Shown: in pieces, positions 50,736 through 60,001 of the stretch
Position numbering within the stretch: position 1 is the stretch's first letter
Layout: each line of letters opens with the position of its first letter
Assembly (NCBI GenBank): GCA_045047305.1
Contig: JASFYO010000036.1
Location: 1 to 64,000 of the forward strand
DNA from: Planctomycetota bacterium
GTDB lineage: Bacteria > Planctomycetota > UBA1135
Length of the DNA: 64,000 nt
Direction: 5' to 3'
The notes under the pieces: generated by a model
The model's database searches: none
Told to the model about the DNA's origin: nothing
What the model saw: the letters and a program-made list of their open reading frames with translations, nothing else
Translations under genes and position numbers: made by a program

Positions 50736-52202
50736 TCAACTGCTCACGACCGCAGCTTGCGGACGCGTCCAAGAATCCATCTTGTTTTGCATGACCGAGA
50801 TGAGTTGATCGACTGCCACGCGTTCCTGCGCCATCGAATCCCGCTCACGCAGAGTGACGGTTCCATCAGTCAATGATTCACCATCGATGGTGATACAAAA
50901 AGGCGTACCAATCTCATCCTGACGGCGATAACGGCGTCCAATCGATTGATTCTCCTCGATGGCAGTGCGGAACTGCTTGCGCAACATGGCTTCGACTTCG
51001 GCTGCCTTCTCCGGCATGCCATCCTTTTTCACCAAAGGAAAAACCGCAACCGTGACTGGTGCGATTTTCGGGTGAAAGCGTAATACCACACGCTGCTCTT
51101 TGCCTTCTCCTTCTTCATCGTATGCATCGACGAGGAAAGTCATGGCCGTACGATCGCAACCGGCAGCAGGCTCAATCACGTAAGGCGAAATGTGCTCGTT
51201 CTCTTGATTGTCAAACCAAGTTAAGGAAGTACCGCTCGCTTCCGAGTGCTTCTTCAAATCATAGTCAGTGCGATTCGCAATGCCCTCCAACTCGGACCAG
51301 CCGAATGGAAAGAGGTATTCCACATCGCCACAGCCGGCGGCATAGTGCGCCAACTCATCTTGCTCATGCTCACGCATGCGTAACTTTTCTGGATTCACGC
51401 CAAGATCCAAGTACCACTGAAAACGTTCCTTCTGCCAATATTCATACCACTTTGGCGCTTCTTCCGGACGGCAGAAAAATTCCATCTCCATTTGCTCAAA
51501 CTCACGCGTGCGAAACACAAAATTGCCCGGGGTGATTTCGTTGCGGAAACTTTTACCAATCTGCGCGATGCCGAAGGGCAGTTTCTTGCGCGTGGAAGTG
51601 ACCACGTTATTGAAGTTAATGAAAATGCCTTGGGCCGTTTCCGGGCGCAGATACGCCACCGAAGCACTGTCCTGCAACGCACCAACGTGGGTTTCAAACA
51701 TCAAGTTGAACTGGCGGACATCGGTCCAATCGTCGGTGCCGGAAACCGGACACTTGATTTTCTCATCCATGATGAGCTGACGCAGGCCTTCATTGTCGGA
51801 GATGACGGCATTCAACTTGGCGGTCAAGGCCTCCACGCGATCCATCTTGCCCTTCTTGCGATACTTCTCGATCTTTTTTTCGACCAAATGATCCGCACGA
51901 TAACGGGCCTTAGAGGTTTTGTTATCAATCAGAGGGTCCGAAAAACCGCCGACGTGGCCGGAAGCGCGCCAAACATCGGGCGATTGAATGATGGCAGAGT
52001 CCAAGCCAACAACATCCTGGCGTGAGTAGACCATGGCTTCCCACCAAGCATCTTTCACGCGGCGTTTCAGCTCCACGCCCAGCGGGCCCCAATCGTACGT
52101 AGCCCCTTGTCCACCATAGATTTCCGACGCTGGGAATACGAATCCCCTGCGCTTGCACAGGGAGACAATCTTGTCCATCACATTGGGAGCGGGCTTAGCC
52201 AT
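50736..52202 (-). CDS. glyQS: Glycine--tRNA ligase, alpha2 type
   Basis: LCKRRGF, YLRPETAQGIF, FRNEITP, FRTREFEQME, ELEGIANR. Confidence 0.96.
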   Translation of the reverse strand: MAKPAPNVMDKIVSLCKRRGFVFPASEIYGGQGATYDWGPLGVELKRRVKDAWWEAMVYSRQDVVGLDSAIIQSPDVWRASGHVGGFSDPLIDNKTSKARYRADHLVEKKIEKYRKKGKMDRVEALTAKLNAVISDNEGLRQLIMDEKIKCPVSGTDDWTDVRQFNLMFETHVGALQDSASVAYLRPETAQGIFINFNNVVTSTRKKLPFGIAQIGKSFRNEITPGNFVFRTREFEQMEMEFFCRPEEAPKWYEYWQKERFQWYLDLGVNPEKLRMREHEQDELAHYAAGCGDVEYLFPFGWSELEGIANRTDYDLKKHSEASGTSLTWFDNQENEHISPYVIEPAAGCDRTAMTFLVDAYDEEGEGKEQRVVLRFHPKIAPVTVAVFPLVKKDGMPEKAAEVEAMLRKQFRTAIEENQSIGRRYRRQDEIGTPFCITIDGESLTDGTVTLRERDSMAQERVAVDQLISVMQNKMDSWTRPQAAVVSS

Positions 52203-52614
52203 GACCGCGTGATTCTAACTGCTCCCGCAAGTCAGCAATCACACCGTCGCGGTCGTTCTCAATCCGCTGTTTTAGCTCCACGGGCACTCCAGTCTCTGGA
52301 TCGTGCTTAGCCCCCCATTGTGCGAGATCAATGAGAATTGGCACTAGGTCGAGGCCCTTCCTGGTGAGCGAATAAATTTTGCGGCGGCCATCCTCAGGGT
52401 CGGCAGCACAGGCGACGATGCCTTGCTCCGTCAAACATTGCAAGCGATCGCTCAGCACATTGGTAGCAATGCCCTCACCGGAGTTTTCGAACTCTGAAAA
52501 GCGTTGCGAGCCAAACATGACCATGTCGCGGACCACTAGCATCGTCCAGCGGTCGCCGAGCAAATCGAGGCAAAACGAAATGGGACATGCGGAGCGACGA
52601 TCCTGCAGCGGCAT
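52195..52614 (-). CDS. HxlR-family winged-helix regulator
   Basis: CPI...LDLLGDRWT, RFSEF, LSDRL..L, YSLTRKG.DL. Confidence 0.9.
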   Translation of the reverse strand: MPLQDRRSACPISFCLDLLGDRWTMLVVRDMVMFGSQRFSEFENSGEGIATNVLSDRLQCLTEQGIVACAADPEDGRRKIYSLTRKGLDLVPILIDLAQWGAKHDPETGVPVELKQRIENDRDGVIADLREQLESRGHG

Positions 52615-52636
52615 TTCATGATTCTACCAGATTTTA

Positions 52637-52680
52637 GCTTGCACATCGCAAGCGTTTATTATAGCTTTCATATCGCAAGT
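52637..52680. promoter_or_regulatory. Tandem operator sites between divergent hxlR and gst
   Basis: GCTTGC-ACATC-GCAAGC (52637-52653) and GCTTTC-ATATC-GCAAGT (52664-52680). Confidence 0.7.
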
Positions 52681-52708
52681 GATAATCCCTGCCCTCTGGG
52701 CCACCAAA

Positions 52709-53344
52709 ATGACACAGCTCAAGCTTTACACTCTTCCCCTTTCACCCTTCAATACCAAGGTCCGGTTGGCGCTGAAACTCAAAGGCCTGACCTACGAAGA
52801 GGTCAAATTCTCCGGCTTTGATGACCGTGACCCAGTCGTGGAGGTCTCCGGTCAGCCACTGACTCCCGTACTCGTCGACGGCGACAAAGCCATCTACGAT
52901 TCTTTCGGAATCCTGCGCTACCTCGATGCCAACTTCCCTGGCCCGCGACTCTTTTCCTCCAACCGGGAGACCATGCAAAGGATTCAAGAGTGGGAACGCT
53001 TTGGTGCAGAGCTTGGCGGCATTATTAGCATGGTTTTAACTCAGGCTTTCAACGACAAAATCGACGACCAAGCCACCGCACAGGCACAAGCCTTGCTTGA
53101 TACTGTCCCGCAAGCTCTCGAAGATGCGCTTGCCGATTCAGATTACCTGATGGGCGACGTCATCACCGCTGCCGACTTAACCGTGGTGCCCTTTCTTCGC
53201 TTTCCAATTTGGGATGCGGATGACGTGGATTTTCCGCTGGCTAAGTTTGTTGCCGAACGCTTGACCCTCAGCGCAAAGTTCTCCAGAGTTCATGCCTGGG
53301 TTGCACGGGTAATGGAATTGGATCGCGAAGTGGTTGCGAACTAG
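52709..53344 (+). CDS. Glutathione S-transferase family protein
   Basis: SPFNTKVR, TPVLVDG, YDSFGILRYL, YLMGD.ITAAD. Confidence 0.88.
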   Translation: MTQLKLYTLPLSPFNTKVRLALKLKGLTYEEVKFSGFDDRDPVVEVSGQPLTPVLVDGDKAIYDSFGILRYLDANFPGPRLFSSNRETMQRIQEWERFGAELGGIISMVLTQAFNDKIDDQATAQAQALLDTVPQALEDALADSDYLMGDVITAADLTVVPFLRFPIWDADDVDFPLAKFVAERLTLSAKFSRVHAWVARVMELDREVVAN

Positions 53345-53360
53345 AAGGCTTCACATATAC

Positions 53361-53399
53361 AACAGCCCGGCCTACCGGAATGGTGGACCGGGCTGTTTT
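53361..53399 (+). terminator. Rho-independent terminator
   Basis: AACAGCCCGG...CCGGGCTGTT followed by TT. Confidence 0.75.
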
Positions 53400-53491
53400 C
53401 AAGCATTTGCTTTTACTGATACACATAAATGGCTCATGAATCGACGCGTATTTTCGCTGCCCACCATCCCCCCTCATTACGCGATTAGCGA

Positions 53492-54949
53492 TTAATCTTC
53501 CAAGTGAATTTGCATATTGGAGGAGAGTGATAACTCAGTAAACACCTCTCCCCCTCCCTTTTCCAAGAAAACAGCTACTACCATTTTGTCATTAGGATTT
53601 CCCCATGGCAATGTTCCCCGGCCGAACTCATCGCACGTTATTTCTGGATAAACACGGAACCAAGGATAATCCTGAAAGGGTTGCACCAAAACCTTGGCAT
53701 TTCGCGCTACCAATCCCTCTGAATCATAAATCTGGAACGAAATCCCAGGGTTCTCAGAACCTAACTTTCCCTCCATTATCCATTCCAACGGGACGGCTTC
53801 AGAAAAAACAATTTCATTCAGCGTCAATTCTTCTGAATAATATTCGCCAGAGGGGTGAACAATCTCAAGCAAATATCGGCTCCCGCTAGGCATTTCTGCG
53901 GCAAAGGAACCCGATTTGTCTAATTTAAAAGAAGATCGCGCCACTCTTGTTTCCACGCCGTTTGCGTCACGCTTCCCAGTTAAGGAAAATCCTTTACGAT
54001 GATCATCACCAGAAAAATCACTCCCATCATTACTCAAAAGTACGGATACGTTAACAGAATATTCAGAGGATGGGAGGGTTGAAACCACCTTGCCATGAAG
54101 CACTGGTTTCGGGGCCAACTCCAAAACGACATCTGGTAGTGGGCCAGGACTTACATCCATTTTGAAAGAAGTTGATGAAAACCCGGCAGCGTTTACTTTC
54201 GCAATCATTATTCCAGAAACTGGGGAATCAACTTCGCAATTGCCATTCGGGCCCGAAACTGCATGAACATTTATTATGGGAAATCCGTCCTCTTCGCACA
54301 AAGATTTATATTGGGCTAGGATAGGATCTGGATGGTTGCTCGGATATGGGGATATCCTTTTTTTATTCAGAGTTGCTACCTCATTAGTATATTTCCTCCA
54401 ACCCTCCTCCGAAACAAATGACATCGATACGGAAATCTCATCTACCTTTAACTTTGTAACTGAGTTCCTCGCCGAGATTTGAAAATGAGACAAAAATGGC
54501 AATGCCAAATTTAGACTATTCCCTGTTGCAGACCAAATCAAATTTTCAACAGGGCTGGAATAAGTAGAAAACCCGTTAACAGTAGGAACCTCATAAGAAA
54601 CCGACTTATCTCCGGATTTCAACAAAAAGCTTTCAACCACATTGCCTGCCTCTGGATCGTCCACAAGGACGTCCAATCTAGTTTTTACAGATTGGAGTCC
54701 TAAACTGCGAAGGGCAATCACCTTTGCCCCAGTAGCCATGTCTGTAATATTCAGTTTTAGCCTAGGAGAAAGGCTTTGCCTAATGAACTTTGCGGACAAT
54801 GCTGCATCCCCATTTTCCTCAATTGACCTTGCCCCCCCCACCAATAGATAGTCCCTCCCTTCTGAGGAAGAGTTTTCCTTCATCAACAACCAAGAAAGCA
54901 GGAACACTAAGAAAAGTATTCCTGCAATGAGTGCAGTGCGAGATGACAA
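53492..54949 (-). CDS. Hypothetical membrane-anchored beta-sandwich protein (low GC)
   Basis: TTG 1 nt after the upstream stop, N-terminal TM, SGPNG, YDSEG, CDEFG motifs. Confidence 0.6.
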   Translation of the reverse strand: MSSRTALIAGILFLVFLLSWLLMKENSSSEGRDYLLVGGARSIEENGDAALSAKFIRQSLSPRLKLNITDMATGAKVIALRSLGLQSVKTRLDVLVDDPEAGNVVESFLLKSGDKSVSYEVPTVNGFSTYSSPVENLIWSATGNSLNLALPFLSHFQISARNSVTKLKVDEISVSMSFVSEEGWRKYTNEVATLNKKRISPYPSNHPDPILAQYKSLCEEDGFPIINVHAVSGPNGNCEVDSPVSGIMIAKVNAAGFSSTSFKMDVSPGPLPDVVLELAPKPVLHGKVVSTLPSSEYSVNVSVLLSNDGSDFSGDDHRKGFSLTGKRDANGVETRVARSSFKLDKSGSFAAEMPSGSRYLLEIVHPSGEYYSEELTLNEIVFSEAVPLEWIMEGKLGSENPGISFQIYDSEGLVARNAKVLVQPFQDYPWFRVYPEITCDEFGRGTLPWGNPNDKMVVAVFLEKGGGEVFTELSLSSNMQIHLED

Positions 54950-54950
54950 G

Positions 54951-55640
54951 TTACGGAGCCCCACCGACTCCCGGATCTCCGACTGTGCCCTGGCTCCCAT
55001 TTCCTGCGCCACCTGTACCGGGGGTTCCAATATTTCCGGGTGCCGCCCCGTTTCCACCAACTGCTAATCCATCTCCAGCGCCAGTGAGCAAAGCGTCGCC
55101 ACCATTGCCGGCACTCCCTGCGCTGCCTCCACGGCCGCCATAGTTGTTCTGCCCCTCCGAAGATGATCCCGGATCCCCATCTCCTCCATCACCCCCGGTG
55201 CCTCCGGTGCCTCCATTTCCTGCATGGGCACATCCTTTCCCGCCGGCAGCTACGCTTGCTGCCGCATTTCCCCCATGAGCACCATGTTGGCCGGGCGCGC
55301 CATTCCCGCCGTTAAATCCAGCAGCTCCGTTTCCCCCGTCTCCCCCATTGCCGCCAAATCCTCCGATTGCATAGCCGGATTCGCCATTCTTCACAACAAC
55401 GAGAGCTGGAGGCCCTCCAGTGGGTACCCCACCTGGTCCTCCAGCCGCACCACTTGAAGAGGGGCTATTCCCAGCCCCTCCAGAATTGCCGTTACCAGGA
55501 ATGTCGGAGAGAGCGTCTTGGTCGTTGTGAATAGCAGCACATTCGGCTTTGGTTAATGTATTACCAAACGGTGTTGATTGCAATCCTACCCTAAGCAAGC
55601 TGGAACCTAGAATCACGAGGGAAAGCGTAGATTTCTTCAT
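54951..55640 (-). CDS. Secreted glycine-rich PGRS-like protein
   Basis: MKK plus hydrophobic leader; GGNGGDGGNG / GNGGTGGTGGDGG G-x-x repeats. Confidence 0.7.
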   Translation of the reverse strand: MKKSTLSLVILGSSLLRVGLQSTPFGNTLTKAECAAIHNDQDALSDIPGNGNSGGAGNSPSSSGAAGGPGGVPTGGPPALVVVKNGESGYAIGGFGGNGGDGGNGAAGFNGGNGAPGQHGAHGGNAAASVAAGGKGCAHAGNGGTGGTGGDGGDGDPGSSSEGQNNYGGRGGSAGSAGNGGDALLTGAGDGLAVGGNGAAPGNIGTPGTGGAGNGSQGTVGDPGVGGAP

Positions 55641-55656
55641 TTCTTCATTTCTTCAT
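55631..55656 (-). repeat. (ATGAAGAA)x3 tandem repeat at the start codon
   Basis: + strand atttcttc x3 plus at. Confidence 0.9.
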
Positions 55657-55829
55657 AATAGCGCCACTGACTTAAATCACAGTAAGGAATATGTAAAAAA
55701 GCCTCCACCCCATGATTATTACGCTGTCTGCTTGCGAATGAATCGAACAAAATGGGAGTTGCAGTGAAAATATGGGCAAGAATAAAAATACGTGTAGCGT
55801 GGTAACACCAACAAAGTAGCGGGGAGAGT

Positions 55830-57024
55830 GAGGGTCTTACTCGATCGACTGCAACGAAACTCAGGCAACGGCCCTTCGGATGGTCTCCAGGAGAATTCCC
55901 ATTCGGCATAGACCTTACTGCGGAAGTTGATTTTCACTTTAGCATCGCGCCATGCACGACCAGCAACAATGTCGATGCCATCCGCACCACCGGCGCCCCC
56001 CCCACGGCTAAACAGGTTGCAGTCATGGACAAACTCTGACCTTAATCATGAGGCACAATTCCTGGTGGAAATACCAAATGCTCCAGCACCTCTGGATAAG
56101 TCAAAAACACCGCGACATAAGTTCCGCTGCCCTGCGGGTGCACCTCCACCCCATCGGCTGCTCTTCCCCTTGACAAATCTTGAAGCGAAAATCGTGGTAG
56201 GACATGCGGTTGTCTTGACGTAAGGAGCCGATAAAAAAACCATCCGGATAGAACTCCAACTCCTTCCATGATTGATGCAGACTCATCCCATATCCGCCCC
56301 CCAGGGCACTAGCCTCGGTGCAAAGATTACCTCTAGGCATGCGCTCCTCCACCCATGGCGGTAAGCGATCAAGGAAATCCTTCGAACGACTGCCCCTGGC
56401 CTTGATCGTAATCAGCGCCTCGGTGGTGGAGCGGAGCAAGCTGCCGTCAGGGTGAAATAAAAGTAAGTGGATATCCTCCTCCCCCGGCATTTTCACGAAA
56501 CGCTCGACGAAGGTAAACGCGCCTTGGACCTCAAACGCTTCCTCCGTGGCCGAACCTGCAACAGCATTCAGCACATAGATGCGGTACCACCCCTCCGGAA
56601 GCTGATCAATCAACAGGCGCCCGTCCACCGACTCGCCTTGATACTGTTTTTGATCTCCAGCAGTCCAGGTTTCGAATGCACCGACAGCCAAACGCCACAG
56701 CTCAATCGTCCCGGAAACGGGTAGCTGCGTCGCAGCATCGAAAAAATGCAATTCAAGCGCGCTAGAGCCCAACTCTACCGGCTCGGGCTCGGCTTCCTCC
56801 CACTCCAGGAACTCCTCCTCAGGCAGTGCCTCAATCTCCTCCTTCACCGTTTCTTGCTGACGTTCGAGTTGCGGACGACGGGCATCGGCCACCGTAGGTG
56901 CTGACTCCAGTTCCGTTGGAGCCGGGCGCTCGGCAAAAGGGGGCATCGCGGTCGCCGGTTCGTCCTTCCACATCACCACGATGAGGGCAAGCAGGACGAT
57001 GATGATGACCAGAAGACGGCGCAT
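55830..57024 (-). pseudogene. Membrane-anchored beta-sandwich protein with an apparently disrupted 3' end
   Basis: Intact ORF 57024-56101; protein-like sequence continues in other frames across two G-runs and a TAA; 3' boundary approximate. Confidence 0.45.
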
Positions 57025-57133
57025 AGGAGGGCAACGGTGGAGTTGGGATTTGGTTCAAGCCAAGGATGGAGAATGCTCTGGATTTACCCAGAAAATCGGC
57101 TGAACCGCCGCCCCACTGTACCGTTAGCCACTC

Positions 57134-59200
57134 ATGGTTCCCATCCTCCTCCTCATCCTCGCAGCGCAAACTGCACAAGAACCGGCCCAAAGCCCCGAGG
57201 TCTTGGTCACTGCCTCGGCGTTTCCCGAGGATCCGCTGCAGCAACCATTTTCTTCGGAAACGCTGGATGCAACCTGGTTGCGTACGCGAGCCAGGACCAT
57301 CCCTGAAGCTCTCCAAATGCTGCCTGGTGTGATGGTGCAGAAAACGGCATCAGGACAGTCGTCGCCCTACCTACGGGGCTTCACAGGCTTCCGCACCCAG
57401 ATGCTTGTCGACGGAATCCCTTTGAACCATGCGGCTATGCGCTCCGGCCCGAACCAGTACTGGAGCACCTTGGATGCCCTAACCGTGGAGCGCCTGGAAT
57501 TGGTGCGCGGAACCTCGAGTGTCCTGTATGGATCCGATGCCATTGGCGGCACCGTGAATGCCATCAGCCGGCGCGCAAAAGTTGGCGGCGAAGGTGTGCG
57601 CTTGGGCGGCGGAAGCTTCACTCGCTATTCCAGCGCAGACAATGCTTGGACCCAACGCGCAGAAGTGTCCCTAAGTTCTGGATCGGAGTGGGGATTCCTC
57701 GGTGGGTCTACGGTTTCCAACTATGGAGATCTGAGATCGGGTGGCGGCGAACTTCCTGAGACCGGCTACTCCCAATTCAACGGAGATTTTCGCTTTGACC
57801 GCTACCTTAGTAACGGCGTGGTGTGGACCACGGCAGGCCAAACAGTGCGCCAAGTGAATGTTCCACGTACCCACAAAACCATTTTCGCAGTTCCATTCCA
57901 GGGCACCAGTGTCGGTAGTGAGTTGCAGCGCGACCAGGATCAGCGCAGGGACCTTTTCTACAGCCGACTATCGTGGGATCGTGGCAGCAATTGGATGAAA
58001 CGCGGTGAAGTCACCTTGAGTTACCAACGCCACAAAGAAATCCGCGATCGAATCCGCAGCGGAGACCGCCGGGATCTGCAAGGATTCGATCTCAACGATC
58101 TGGGCTTAACCGCACGTTTTGAAAGCGATTCAAGCTCTTCTGGCGTTTGGTCATGGGGTACCGAGCTACACCGCCAAACCGCAGATAGCTTCCGCGATAA
58201 CTTCGTTGCGGGAAGCTTCACTGGCTCCGCCATTCAAGGCGCAATTGGCGACAACAGCTCTTACGACAGCGCTGCGTTTTACCTTCAGAGAGAAATGTTC
58301 GTACGCGAAGACATCAGCTTGATTCCAGGCTTACGCGCAAGTTGGTTCTCGTTGCAATCCGATCGCGTGGATAACCCAGACCCGGGCGGTCCAGCGATTT
58401 TGCAATTGGATGAAAGTTGGACTGCTTTAACTGGCAGTTTGCGTGGTGTATGGGATCTCGGCCAAGAAAAAACAGTTTATGCCGGTTTATCGCAAGGCTT
58501 TCGCGCACCGAACTTGTCGGACCTAACCTCGCTCGATGCCACGAGTGCGGTGGAAACTCCATCGCCCGATTTGAATCCAGAAAACTACTTGCAGCTCGAG
58601 ATTGGAAGCAAGGGACGCGATGGTCGTTGGAGTTGGCAGACCTCGGTCTACCAAACTTGGATTGATAACATGATTGTCCAATCCCCTACCGGAGCCTTCA
58701 TCGGTGGCACCCCCGAGGTGCAAAAAAGCAATGCCGGAGATGGCTGGGTACACGGCGTAGAAGTCGATGTGCAAATGGAAATCGATGCGCAGTGGACAGC
58801 ATTCGCAACCGGTAGTTGGATGAACGGCGAAGTCGATCAAGTCCAGTTGCCCGGTGGAGCTACCAGCCGCGAACCACTTAGCCGTTTGGCACCGCTACAG
58901 GGCACGACCGGTGTACGCTGGCAGCAAAACCAAGGTTCTTGGTGGGGAGAGGCCTGGATGTGGGCTGTCGATAACCAAGATAAGCTTGCGCTCCGTGACA
59001 CCACCGACACCTCACGCATTCCAGCCGGCGGCACTCCAGGATTCACCATATTTGGGCTATCCGGAGGCGTGAAAATCAACGAAAATGCACGCTGGTCGTT
59101 ATCTCTCGAGAACCTCGGCGATAAGAACTATCGCGTCCACGGTTCTGGTTTGAACGGCCCTGGCTTTAACTTAGTGACCACCTTCGAATTGAACTTCTGA
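57134..59200 (+). CDS. TonB-dependent receptor
   Basis: EVLVTA TonB box, plug LPGV...YLRGF...LVDG, ELVRG.SSVLYGSDAIGG, NLGDKNY, terminal F. Confidence 0.93.
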   Translation: MVPILLLILAAQTAQEPAQSPEVLVTASAFPEDPLQQPFSSETLDATWLRTRARTIPEALQMLPGVMVQKTASGQSSPYLRGFTGFRTQMLVDGIPLNHAAMRSGPNQYWSTLDALTVERLELVRGTSSVLYGSDAIGGTVNAISRRAKVGGEGVRLGGGSFTRYSSADNAWTQRAEVSLSSGSEWGFLGGSTVSNYGDLRSGGGELPETGYSQFNGDFRFDRYLSNGVVWTTAGQTVRQVNVPRTHKTIFAVPFQGTSVGSELQRDQDQRRDLFYSRLSWDRGSNWMKRGEVTLSYQRHKEIRDRIRSGDRRDLQGFDLNDLGLTARFESDSSSSGVWSWGTELHRQTADSFRDNFVAGSFTGSAIQGAIGDNSSYDSAAFYLQREMFVREDISLIPGLRASWFSLQSDRVDNPDPGGPAILQLDESWTALTGSLRGVWDLGQEKTVYAGLSQGFRAPNLSDLTSLDATSAVETPSPDLNPENYLQLEIGSKGRDGRWSWQTSVYQTWIDNMIVQSPTGAFIGGTPEVQKSNAGDGWVHGVEVDVQMEIDAQWTAFATGSWMNGEVDQVQLPGGATSREPLSRLAPLQGTTGVRWQQNQGSWWGEAWMWAVDNQDKLALRDTTDTSRIPAGGTPGFTIFGLSGGVKINENARWSLSLENLGDKNYRVHGSGLNGPGFNLVTTFELNF

Positions 59201-59238
59201 AATCAACCACTACCCCGCCGCGGCACCTGCTGAAAGCC

Positions 59239-59940
59239 GTGCTTGGATCGGTGACCTTCCACGTCGCGGTTGGGGTAGGGTTGTTAAGTACCGCATGGTG
59301 GTGGGCTTCGGATGTGGATGAACATCAACCTCCGAAGCTTGCGGTCGCTCTAAAGGAAGAAGTTCCAGAGGTCAGCGAAGACGAGCCGGATTTCGAAGTC
59401 CAACCGCCAATCGAACTGGAACCAGTGGTACTACCGGTAGTGGAAGTGGAGGCTTCCCCTTTGGCTGAGTTGGAGGAACTACCGCCGGCAAAGGAATACC
59501 TGGCGGTGCGCCCATGGATGCCGCAACAGTTGCGCTATCGGCCGACCACGCTTCCTCCCCATTTGCGTGAACAGACCAAGCCGGTGGAAGAGCAAAGGCT
59601 GACTGATTCCGCCGTTTCCAATACCGCAGTCCCTCGAGCGCCGGCACCACGGGCCTCGGTTTTACTGGCACCGCAGATCGATGCAGAGCAATGCCCTCCT
59701 CCGGAGTACCCACGGCGTGCCCGGCGTATGCGCTGGGAAGGTGTAACCCAATTAATTGTGACGGTCGATGTGAATGGAAATCCCATCGCAATCAAAGTAT
59801 CTGTTTCCAGCGGCCACCAAATCCTCGATGATGCCGCAATCCAGGCGGTTCAGACCTGGCATTTTCACCCTGCAAACCGAGACCAGGTAGCCGAGGTTGG
59901 CGACTTACTGGTACCGATTCGGTTTGATATTAAGGAATAA
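59239..59940 (+). CDS. tonB: Energy transducer TonB
   Basis: SVTFH TM motif, Pro/Glu linker, YPRRARR..WEG, SSG..ILD.AA, W.F.PA. Confidence 0.88.
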   Translation: MLGSVTFHVAVGVGLLSTAWWWASDVDEHQPPKLAVALKEEVPEVSEDEPDFEVQPPIELEPVVLPVVEVEASPLAELEELPPAKEYLAVRPWMPQQLRYRPTTLPPHLREQTKPVEEQRLTDSAVSNTAVPRAPAPRASVLLAPQIDAEQCPPPEYPRRARRMRWEGVTQLIVTVDVNGNPIAIKVSVSSGHQILDDAAIQAVQTWHFHPANRDQVAEVGDLLVPIRFDIKE

Positions 59941-60001
59941 GCTTCCTGTGCTTCCGTTTGCTTCCGCCGAGTCGTAAGTGAAATACGCCGAGCCCCATCT
60001 A

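Noticed and set aside
54950..55060. N-terminal extension of the 522-aa ORF
   Set aside because: Overlaps the Gly-rich gene; TTG 54949 gives a normal anchor and tight coupling
57025..57133. Cobalamin-riboswitch-like fragments (GGGA..GGTTCAAGCC, GCCCCACTGTA) upstream of the TonB-dependent receptor
   Set aside because: Spacing and order do not fit the B12-box consensus and the divergent spacer is short; only an Infernal search could rescue it
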